32,000 nt of DNA, from assembly GCF_000354175.2 (NCBI RefSeq), contig NC_022349.1, positions 450,001 to 482,000 on the forward strand, given 5' to 3'. The notes beneath the pieces were generated by a model that saw only the letters and a list, made by a program, of their open reading frames with translations, ran no database searches and was not told the DNA's origin. Position 1 is the first letter of the stretch; each line of letters starts with the position of its first letter. Below are positions 16,365 to 23,516 of the stretch, one piece after another. The translations under genes were made by a program, and so were the position numbers. The DNA comes from Vibrio alginolyticus NBRC 15630 = ATCC 17749. GTDB taxonomy: Bacteria; Pseudomonadota; Gammaproteobacteria; Enterobacterales; Vibrionaceae.

Positions 16365-17837
16365 TTATAAGTAGCGATCTTTTAGGTGAGCTTGAAAGTG
16401 TTTAGCATTCAGTGTTTCACCCGTGGCTTGTTTTACCAACTCATCAGTGGTGAATAAGCTCCCTTTACTCCAGATGTTTTCCGAGAGCCAATTGAATATC
16501 GGAGCTAAGTCGCCAGAACGAATAACCGCATCTACATCGACGGTTTGTTTCATTGCTGCCATAAATTGTGCAGCGTACATCGCACCGAGCGTGTAGGACG
16601 GGAAATAGCCAAAACTTCCGTCTGTCCAATGGATATCTTGCATACAGCCATTTTTGAAGTTTCCTTCGGTTGATAGCCCCAAGTACGCTTTCATCTTTTC
16701 GTTCCAGAGTTCTGGTACATCTGTATGTTTGATGACGCCGTTCATGAGATCTCGCTCAATTTCATATCGAAGAATAACGTGAGCAGGATATGTAAGTTCG
16801 TCAGCATCTACGCGAATAAAGCCTTTTTCTACGCGAGTGTAAATTTTGGCTAAATTGTCTTTTTCGAATTCACTACCAGAAAAATGGTTAGAAGCCAGTC
16901 GAGCGAGGTGATCGATAAACGCGCTGCTTCGTCCTATTTGCATTTCAAAGAAGAGTGATTGTGATTCATGAATACCCATAGAGCGAGCTTCTCCCGCGGG
17001 TGTTCCTGATAAATCTTTTGGTAGCCCTTGCTCGTATCGAGCATGGCCAGTTTCGTGGACAATCCCCATCAATGATTGGACAAACTCGTTTTCATTATAA
17101 CGTGTCGTAATACGTACATCTGTCGGTACACCGCCACAAAATGGGTGGGTACTCTCATCAAGTCGACCGTGTTCAAAATCGAATTGAAGTAGCTTCATGA
17201 CTTCCAAACCGAGCGCTTTTTGCTTTTCCGCAGGGTAGTGTGCAGTTGGCAATAAGATGTTGTCTGATTGTTGTTTTTCAAGCGCTTCATCGATCAAAGT
17301 AGGAAGCCAGGTTTTCACGTCAGCAAAAAGAATGTCTAACGACGCAGACGTTGTGCCAGGTTCATAAACATCGAGCATGGCATCATAAGGAGTCGTGCCA
17401 TTTGCTTCGGCTCTAATTTGCGCTTCTTCCTGCGATAGCTTTACTACTTCAGCCCAGTTCTTTTCAAAACCAGCCCAGTCATTTTCTCCACGTTGTGTAC
17501 GCCATGCATGTTCACATTTGGAGCCAGCAAGAGATTGAGCTTGAACTAATGATTCTGGTAGTAAGTTAGCTTGCTGCCACCCACGCTTCATTTCTCTTAG
17601 GATAGATTTTTCTTTTGTAGACAGCGTGTCTTCTTCTGCCTGAGCGAAAAGCTCTCCCAAGTGCGGTTGAGTCATTAAAGAATGGATATGTACATCAAGC
17701 TCTGCCGTGGCATTCGAGCGTGCTTCAGCGCCACCAGGTGGCATGACCGCCGCTTGATCCCAATCTATGATGGCAGATAGATGCTCAAAATTTGCCACTT
17801 TTTTGGAATGTTCAACGAGTTTTGTAAATGCGTTCAT
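16365..17837 (-). CDS. M32-family metallocarboxypeptidase (Taq-type carboxypeptidase)
   Basis: I chose ATG 17837 (MNAFTKLVEHSKK...). The protein carries the HETGHARYEQG zinc motif (HExxH), HESQSLFFE, IRVDADELTYPAHV and GYFPSYTLGA, all typical of M32. Confidence 0.9.
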   Translation of the reverse strand: MNAFTKLVEHSKKVANFEHLSAIIDWDQAAVMPPGGAEARSNATAELDVHIHSLMTQPHLGELFAQAEEDTLSTKEKSILREMKRGWQQANLLPESLVQAQSLAGSKCEHAWRTQRGENDWAGFEKNWAEVVKLSQEEAQIRAEANGTTPYDAMLDVYEPGTTSASLDILFADVKTWLPTLIDEALEKQQSDNILLPTAHYPAEKQKALGLEVMKLLQFDFEHGRLDESTHPFCGGVPTDVRITTRYNENEFVQSLMGIVHETGHARYEQGLPKDLSGTPAGEARSMGIHESQSLFFEMQIGRSSAFIDHLARLASNHFSGSEFEKDNLAKIYTRVEKGFIRVDADELTYPAHVILRYEIERDLMNGVIKHTDVPELWNEKMKAYLGLSTEGNFKNGCMQDIHWTDGSFGYFPSYTLGAMYAAQFMAAMKQTVDVDAVIRSGDLAPIFNWLSENIWSKGSLFTTDELVKQATGETLNAKHFQAHLKDRYL

Positions 17838-18060
17838 GTGACTACTCTTATTCTTTTGTTCTTTCCCTAAACACCCGATAACGGGTCCTTCATATGGTGT
17901 TGCACTAAGCAACCTGCGTTAATTTACTAATAATTAACAATTAACTCCAACCCATTGTCCATAAACTCACCCAGTTGTATAGCTCTCTTAAAAAAGAAGC
18001 TTGCGAATCTTGTGGATTGGCGGTATTGATGAAGGATTGACAATTAATTATCACGATAAT

Positions 18061-18696
18061 ATGGATATTTTGAATTTCGAGGCATTTATTATTGCCATTA
18101 CGATTTTAACGTTAACGCCAGGTTTAGATACTGCACTTGTTATCCGTAACACTAGCCGCTCGGGCCTAAAAGATGGATGTACAACCAGTCTAGGGATTTG
18201 CTTTGGCTTATTCGTACATGCTTTTTTTTCTGCGGTTGGTATCTCGGCGATTCTTGCGCAATCAGCAGAGTTGTTCCAAATCGTAAAAATGATTGGCGCA
18301 GCTTATCTTATCTGGCTTGGTTTGAGCAGTTTAAAAGCGCTAATGTCGTCGAAAGATGGATTGACCGTGACCGAGCAGATTCACGAAGTGTTTAATGGTA
18401 AGCGCTCTTTTAGAGAGGGCTTTCTTTCTAACGTCTTGAACCCGAAAACGGCGGTCTTCTATTTGGCTTTCTTACCACAGTTTGTGAATCCAGAAGGTTC
18501 ACCCTTGCTTCAATCAATGATGATGGCATCTGTACACTTTGCTATTGCGATGGTTTGGCAGTGTGGTTTAGCTGGCGCGCTTAACTCGGCTAAAAATCTA
18601 CTAAAGAATGCAAGCTTTATGAAGTGGATGGAAGGCGCGACGGGCGCAGTATTAGTCGCACTTGGTGTGAAGTTATTAATTGAAAAACCCGTTTAA
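18061..18696 (+). CDS. LysE/RhtB-family amino-acid exporter
   Basis: I chose ATG 18061 (MDILNFEAFIIAITILTLTPGLDT...). The TPG.D motif, NPKT.VFYLAFLPQF and the roughly 210-aa length with 5-6 TM segments fit the LysE family. Confidence 0.85.
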   Translation: MDILNFEAFIIAITILTLTPGLDTALVIRNTSRSGLKDGCTTSLGICFGLFVHAFFSAVGISAILAQSAELFQIVKMIGAAYLIWLGLSSLKALMSSKDGLTVTEQIHEVFNGKRSFREGFLSNVLNPKTAVFYLAFLPQFVNPEGSPLLQSMMMASVHFAIAMVWQCGLAGALNSAKNLLKNASFMKWMEGATGAVLVALGVKLLIEKPV

Positions 18697-19262
18697 TGCG
18701 TAATATTTATCGATTGTTGATACTACTCGCTGTATTTATTGTGGGGATAGGTGCCGCTGTTGCTTGGCATACGTGGCCACAAGTACAGTTTGCGCAACGC
18801 GGCATGATCTGGTCTTGGCACTGGGGCTACTTCGAGCCTTTTGCTAATGGAATACAACAAACGCGAACTCAAGACACTAAACAGTTATTGCTCAGGCGTG
18901 TGTATTTGCATGACGCTATTGTCGTTTTTGTTTCGACAACTATGGACAATAAATTTGAGGTCGACGTTGTAAAAGAGCAAACCTGTGAACCTAAAACGAC
19001 GACTTGGGCTTCGGTCTCTGTCAATCATCAACGTGTCAGGCATGTACCTATGGTGTGCGATGCGTTTGGGCAAGGCTACTTTTATCGCTACATCGGGAAA
19101 CATCTGGAATCGATTGAGGTTGGTGTCGGCGACTCGTTTGTAACAGAAGCATTTTTAGACTGGCCGCTATCAGAGTTGAAAGCGGATCAATTCAAGCAAA
19201 AAAATGCGAAGTTTTTTGAAGAACGTGGAGAAAACGTTGAGCATCAATGGTTGAGAGATTAA
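18696..19262 (+). CDS. Hypothetical N-terminally membrane-anchored protein, translationally coupled to the LysE exporter gene
   Basis: The start overlaps the upstream stop (TAATG). The protein has a single N-terminal TM segment (LLILLAVFIVGIGAAVAW) followed by a soluble domain of about 160 aa with 2 Cys. I recognise no family. Confidence 0.6.
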   Translation: MRNIYRLLILLAVFIVGIGAAVAWHTWPQVQFAQRGMIWSWHWGYFEPFANGIQQTRTQDTKQLLLRRVYLHDAIVVFVSTTMDNKFEVDVVKEQTCEPKTTTWASVSVNHQRVRHVPMVCDAFGQGYFYRYIGKHLESIEVGVGDSFVTEAFLDWPLSELKADQFKQKNAKFFEERGENVEHQWLRD

Positions 19263-19282
19263 CCATTTAACCGAAGATAAAT

Positions 19283-19317
19283 AAAGCCCGCTAAATAATA
19301 GCGGGCTTTATGTTTTT
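19283..19317 (+). terminator. Rho-independent terminator
   Basis: AAAGCCCGC (19283-19291) pairs with GCGGGCTTT (19301-19309) around a 9-nt loop, followed by ATGTTTTT. It sits between convergent genes. Confidence 0.8.
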
Positions 19318-19380
19318 ACCATTTCTAATGTGCTTTGCTCTCCGTTACTGGTAGTTTGTGACCGAACAGCTGTCATTTCA

Positions 19381-20757
19381 CTAAGCTTTCACTGCTTCAA
19401 CTTCACCTGATTGCGATGTTGAGCTAAAGAACAGTTTGGTTTCTGCCAGTACGACGTGACGCAGTGCGATCAAACCAATCAGGTTAGGAATTGCCATCAG
19501 ACCGTTTACGATATCAGCCAGTAGCCAAATCATATCGAGGTGAAGGAATGCACCAGATGCCACCAAGCCAACGAAAATCAGTTTGTATGGAAGCACAGCT
19601 TTAGTTCCGAACAGGAACACAACGCAACGCTCACCGTAGTAGTTCCAACCAAGAATGGTGGTAAAAGCGAAGAACATCAAACCGATTGAGACGAGCATAG
19701 GGCCAAATGTATCTGCATTTAAACCCACCGCAAAAGCATGAGTCGTCATCGCGGCGCCTGCTAGGTCACTTTGCCATGCACCGGTCAGGATTAGAGCAAG
19801 GCCTGTCATGGTACAAATAATGATGGTATCGAAAAAGGTACCCGTCATTGAAATTAGGCCTTGTTTAACACAAGAGTCTGTCTTCGCTGCTGCTGCTGCC
19901 ATAGGCGCGCTACCCAAACCTGATTCATTTGAGAACACACCGCGAGCGATACCTGATTGGATTGCCAACATGATGCTTGCACCTAGAAAACCACCAGTCG
20001 CTGCTGTTGATGTAAAGGCTGAAACCAGCACTAATTCAACGGCATTGAACAATTGGTCTGCATTCATGATGATCACGCTTAAACACGCCAACACATAAAA
20101 TACAGCCATGGTAGGAACCACTTTTCCTGCAACGTTAGCAATGGATTTGATGCCACCCAAAGTTACGAAAGCAACCAAAAGAGTTAGTACAAAGGCAGAT
20201 AGCTCACGGTTAATACCAAGAGATATCTCACTTGCATCCAGAATCGCGTTTACTTGTGGAAACGTACCGATACCAAAACAAGCAACACCTAAAGCAAACA
20301 CTGCAAACATGATCGCGAGAGCTTTTGAGCCAACACCGTATTGCAAGTAATACATTGGGCCACCAATCATTTGGTCTTTATCATCGACTCTTCGGTACTT
20401 AACCGCCAACAAACATTCGGCGTATTTAGTCGCCATTCCGAAAAGGGCAGCGAGCCACATCCAGAATAGAGCGCCTGGTCCACCGAGTTTGATTGCTGTG
20501 GCAACACCAACAATGTTACCAGTACCAATTGTTGCTGAGAGTGCAGTACAAAGAGCTGCAAAGCTAGAAACGTCACCTTGAGTATTAGATGACTTATCTT
20601 TACTGAATACCATCGCTAGCGCTGTTGGGAGGTGTTTAAACTGGATCAAGCCAAGGCTAAAAGTGAAGTAAACACCTGTACCCACTAGCAAAATAAGCAG
20701 CGGTGGACCCCAGACAAAATTATCGATGGTTTGTAGTAAAGATTGTAGGTTGTTCAT
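19381..20757 (-). CDS. Alanine/glycine:cation (Na+) symporter, AGCS family
   Basis: The 458-aa polytopic protein carries F.AL...LS.T.GTGNI.GVA.AI..GGPGA.FWMW, which is typical of AGCS. AAGGGGA lies 4 nt upstream of the ATG. A glycine riboswitch sits in the leader. Confidence 0.92.
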   Translation of the reverse strand: MNNLQSLLQTIDNFVWGPPLLILLVGTGVYFTFSLGLIQFKHLPTALAMVFSKDKSSNTQGDVSSFAALCTALSATIGTGNIVGVATAIKLGGPGALFWMWLAALFGMATKYAECLLAVKYRRVDDKDQMIGGPMYYLQYGVGSKALAIMFAVFALGVACFGIGTFPQVNAILDASEISLGINRELSAFVLTLLVAFVTLGGIKSIANVAGKVVPTMAVFYVLACLSVIIMNADQLFNAVELVLVSAFTSTAATGGFLGASIMLAIQSGIARGVFSNESGLGSAPMAAAAAKTDSCVKQGLISMTGTFFDTIIICTMTGLALILTGAWQSDLAGAAMTTHAFAVGLNADTFGPMLVSIGLMFFAFTTILGWNYYGERCVVFLFGTKAVLPYKLIFVGLVASGAFLHLDMIWLLADIVNGLMAIPNLIGLIALRHVVLAETKLFFSSTSQSGEVEAVKA

Positions 20758-20877
20758 GATTTCCCCTTAATAAAACAACTAATAAGGAGAAGAGGGAAAG
20801 GACGAGATCAACGATCTCTAAAAGAACTAAGCTATTGGCTGTAGGCGGGAAGGCCAAGCAAAATAGTTAGGTTGTAA

Positions 20878-21082
20878 CTTTCCACTCCTCTGTCCTTTTG
20901 CCTGAGAGTTTCACCTTGCGTGAGTGCAAGACTTGCTCCTTCGGCGACCGATTTAACGGTTCTCTCCAGAGGTTCCTCCAACTACAGTCCCCGCTACCTA
21001 GGTAGCACCTGAAATAGTTAATTCTTCGGCGAGTTATGCTAATCAAATGTTAAAATTTGATTAATAACCACTCTCCTGCAGT
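20878..21082 (-). promoter_or_regulatory. Tandem (two-aptamer) glycine riboswitch in the leader of the AGCS symporter gene
   Basis: The minus strand reads ...CUGCAGGAGAGUGG...CUCGCCGAAGAAUUAA...CAGGUGCUACC... (aptamer 1). It then reads CUCUGGAGAGAACCGUUAAAUCGGUCGCCGAAGGAGCAAGUCUUGCACUCACGCAAGGUGAAACUCUCAGGCAAAAGGACAGAGGAG (aptamer 2). The conserved GGAGAG, CGCCGAAGGAGCAA and CUCAGGCAAAAGGAC cores are all present. Confidence 0.95.
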
Positions 21083-21506
21083 CTTCATCGGAACAATTAC
21101 TCAATTAAATGAGTAAAGGTTAGTTAATGATGCTGGTCATCATTAACGTGTGAACTCTATCATGTTTTTGGTCCATTTCAACACCCTATGTCAATTTATT
21201 TTCAATGAAATAACCTTATCTATTTTCATGAAGGTATGTTTGCCAATCTTTTTGTGCGAGTCACGGCATAAATAAAATTTATTGGGTTAGGGAATGGAAC
21301 CCAAAAACACTTCAGAACGATAAATGTGTTTCGATCGTTACGACATAAGTTATTCAATTAAGGACACAAAATTGATTAAAATCGGAGCACTTATTTTAAA
21401 ATCTACGCTAAGTTGACCTTATGGTACGTATAAATGGGTTACAATGAATCTTTGTGAAACAGTCTACGGACCTAGGCAGTTTTTCATGAGTGGACAAGGA
21501 GGCGGT

Positions 21507-21665
21507 ATGACCAGATTATTAGCCATTGCGGTGTTGATTGCAGTAGCATTTGTGCTGTTTCGTTATCGAACCAATGAAAAAGTCCAAAAAGCGACCGTTA
21601 TAACATTAATTGGCGCATTTCTGATTTATACAGCATCAATTATGTTTGCGGAATTGATCCGCTAG
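21507..21665 (+). CDS. Small hypothetical membrane protein (52 aa, 2 TM)
   Basis: I chose ATG 21507 because it is preceded by GGACAAGGAGG. The product is MTRLLAIAVLIAVAFVLFRYRTNEKVQKATVITLIGAFLIYTASIMFAELIR. The listed ORF begins earlier, at 21444. Confidence 0.5.
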   Translation: MTRLLAIAVLIAVAFVLFRYRTNEKVQKATVITLIGAFLIYTASIMFAELIR

Positions 21666-21696
21666 CAAAGTAAAAGAGTCCTTGGAGTAGTATACG

Positions 21697-22431
21697 GTGA
21701 GTTCTCAGAACAAAATGGAAGAGCAAGACGACGTAGTTGTCATTGAAGAGCGTGACAAACGTACGCATATCTATATCGCAATCGCTGCGGTGTTAGGCTT
21801 GGCATTTGGTGGCCTTGTTGGATCGGTTGTCACTGCGAACAAGTGGGAATCGACTTACCACGTATTAGAAGAAAAGTATCAAGCACTAACGCAAGATAAA
21901 ACCCAGTTGGCATCTCAAGTAAAAGTGCGTGAAGAGGCGCTCGACCAAGAAATACAAAACCAAGTTAGTGAGTTACTCGCCGCGAAAGATGAAGCTCATC
22001 AGAAAGCACTTAAGAAGTTGCAAAAGCAATTGACTGAGGTCGAGAAGGTTAACTTGTCACTAGAGTCTCAATTGAAGCAGCAGGCAGATAAGATCAACAC
22101 GACGAAGTCAGAAAATGAGAAGTTGAGTCGTCAAGCGGATATGCAAGCGACTATGTTTGAGCGGTCCCGCGAAGTATTCCAGAAAGAGCTAAAAATTTCG
22201 CAAGAATTAGAGTCTCTCGAGAAAGAACGGTCAAAATTATTACCTAAGATTGAGAAACTCAAGAAAGAGTGTGACGTATTTTTAGAAGGCAAATCTTGGG
22301 ACGTGAAGTCGGACGCGTGTGATAAACATGACGAAGCTAATTCACGACTAAGTCAGGTCGATCAAATGATTGAAGTCTATAAAATGGACCTCAAACAAAT
22401 CAAAGCAATAACGGAAGATATCGGCCTTTAA
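21697..22431 (+). CDS. Membrane-anchored coiled-coil protein (hypothetical)
   Basis: GTG 21697 has GGAG upstream; ATG 21715 is an alternative start. The protein has an acidic N-terminus, one TM segment (IYIAIAAVLGLAFGGLVGSVV), and then about 190 aa of heptad-like Q/E/K-rich sequence. Confidence 0.6.
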   Translation: MSSQNKMEEQDDVVVIEERDKRTHIYIAIAAVLGLAFGGLVGSVVTANKWESTYHVLEEKYQALTQDKTQLASQVKVREEALDQEIQNQVSELLAAKDEAHQKALKKLQKQLTEVEKVNLSLESQLKQQADKINTTKSENEKLSRQADMQATMFERSREVFQKELKISQELESLEKERSKLLPKIEKLKKECDVFLEGKSWDVKSDACDKHDEANSRLSQVDQMIEVYKMDLKQIKAITEDIGL

Positions 22432-22460
22432 GTCTTTTGTATCCGATTTTTGAAAAGCAA

Positions 22461-22490
22461 AAGGAGCTCTTTAAGAGCTCCTTTTTCTTT
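22461..22490. terminator. Rho-independent terminator (probably bidirectional)
   Basis: AAGGAGCTC (22461-22469) pairs with GAGCTCCTT (22475-22483) and is followed by TTTCTTT. An A-rich run lies upstream. It sits between convergent stops. Confidence 0.8.
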
Positions 22491-22520
22491 GTTAGCTATG
22501 ACTTTAAGGCTGCTCGTATA

Positions 22521-22910
22521 TTAGATTCGTGAGGCGTCATAGCCTGAGGCGAGCAGGAGCTCTCGTTCGTGTTTAATCAGCTGAGCTCGATCTTCAATTA
22601 GTTCATTGAGTGCTTGAGATGGCTTACCTGCTAATGCTTTGAACGAATCAAAAGATTCCGCGGTGTCGATTTTATCAATCATCTGACTGATGACATTACG
22701 AGCCTCACACGGGTTACTCGTCGTTGTAAAGTATTCTACTTGCTTTGCTGCCGATTTCATCTCAGTTAATAGCTCAAGCGGGCTACTTTCTTTGGCTACT
22801 GCCATGTAGTTATCCAGCACGCGCTTTGCATAAAGCAGTTCTTTGAGGGGGATATCTCTTCCGCTCTCGATTAGGGATTCGCTAAGGATCATACTTGAGA
22901 TCATGGGCAT
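22521..22910 (-). CDS. Hypothetical protein (129 aa, predicted helical, acidic)
   Basis: This is an intact ORF flanked by terminator-like and intergenic sequence. I recognise no motif. Confidence 0.45.
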   Translation of the reverse strand: MPMISSMILSESLIESGRDIPLKELLYAKRVLDNYMAVAKESSPLELLTEMKSAAKQVEYFTTTSNPCEARNVISQMIDKIDTAESFDSFKALAGKPSQALNELIEDRAQLIKHERELLLASGYDASRI

Positions 22911-23003
22911 TCCTTCTTATTACTACGCCGCTTTTAATGTTTCCTTGAGTCTAATTTATTGAAGTCACATTGGGAATGGGTAAAAAGCATTTTTAACGCA
23001 TTT

Positions 23004-23369
23004 TTATTCATTTATGAAAACACGAATGCGATGCTTATCTGGATCGATAGCCATAAAATTTAACCCATACACTGATGTCGCTGGTGGTTGAACAAACTCA
23101 ACACCTAGGTCTTTCCAGCGCTTGTAAATGCGCTCTAACGTATGCCTGTTGGGCACTGATAAAGACAGCTCGGTGCCACCACCTCTAATTCCGCTGTGGG
23201 GTGAAAGATTATCTCTTTGCTTGAGTGTCAACGTTAAGCCTTCGGTCATTGGAATAGCGGCAAAGGTTGGAGACAACTGCGTGACTTTGCGTTCGAACAG
23301 TTTCGAATAAAAAACTTGGCTTATGTGGATGTCCTCAACGTAGAGAACGAATGAATTGATAGTCAGCAT
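23004..23369 (-). CDS. VOC-family (glyoxalase/bleomycin-resistance/dioxygenase fold) protein
   Basis: The 121-aa product starts LYVEDIHISQVFYSKLF and ends F.A.DPD.H.IRVF, both typical of the small VOC fold. Confidence 0.75.
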   Translation of the reverse strand: MLTINSFVLYVEDIHISQVFYSKLFERKVTQLSPTFAAIPMTEGLTLTLKQRDNLSPHSGIRGGGTELSLSVPNRHTLERIYKRWKDLGVEFVQPPATSVYGLNFMAIDPDKHRIRVFINE

Positions 23370-23471
23370 GGTTTTGTTCCTTAATCAATTAGAAGTAGTA
23401 GGGGCAATCTAACGGAAAGGAACGACAGGAGTTGTCAGTAGAACATTCTCGAAGGTAAGTGACAGAATAAG

Positions 23472-23497
23472 AAAAAGGAGCCGTTTAGCTCCTTTTT
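23472..23497 (-). terminator. Rho-independent terminator after the LTA-synthase-family gene (symmetric A/T tracts)
   Basis: The sequence reads AAAAAGGAGC-CGTTTA-GCTCCTTTTT. It lies 20 bp past the stop at 23517. Confidence 0.8.
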
Positions 23498-23516
23498 ATC
23501 AGCGGAATCATTGGTA

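Noticed and set aside
17918-18053. AT-rich palindromes (GTTAATT-N7-AATTAAC at 17918-17938; TGACAATTAATTATCA at about 18038-18053) between the M32 peptidase and LysE genes
   Set aside because: Short, AT-only symmetry is expected by chance in AT-rich promoter DNA. One of them is imperfect, and there is no supporting second copy.
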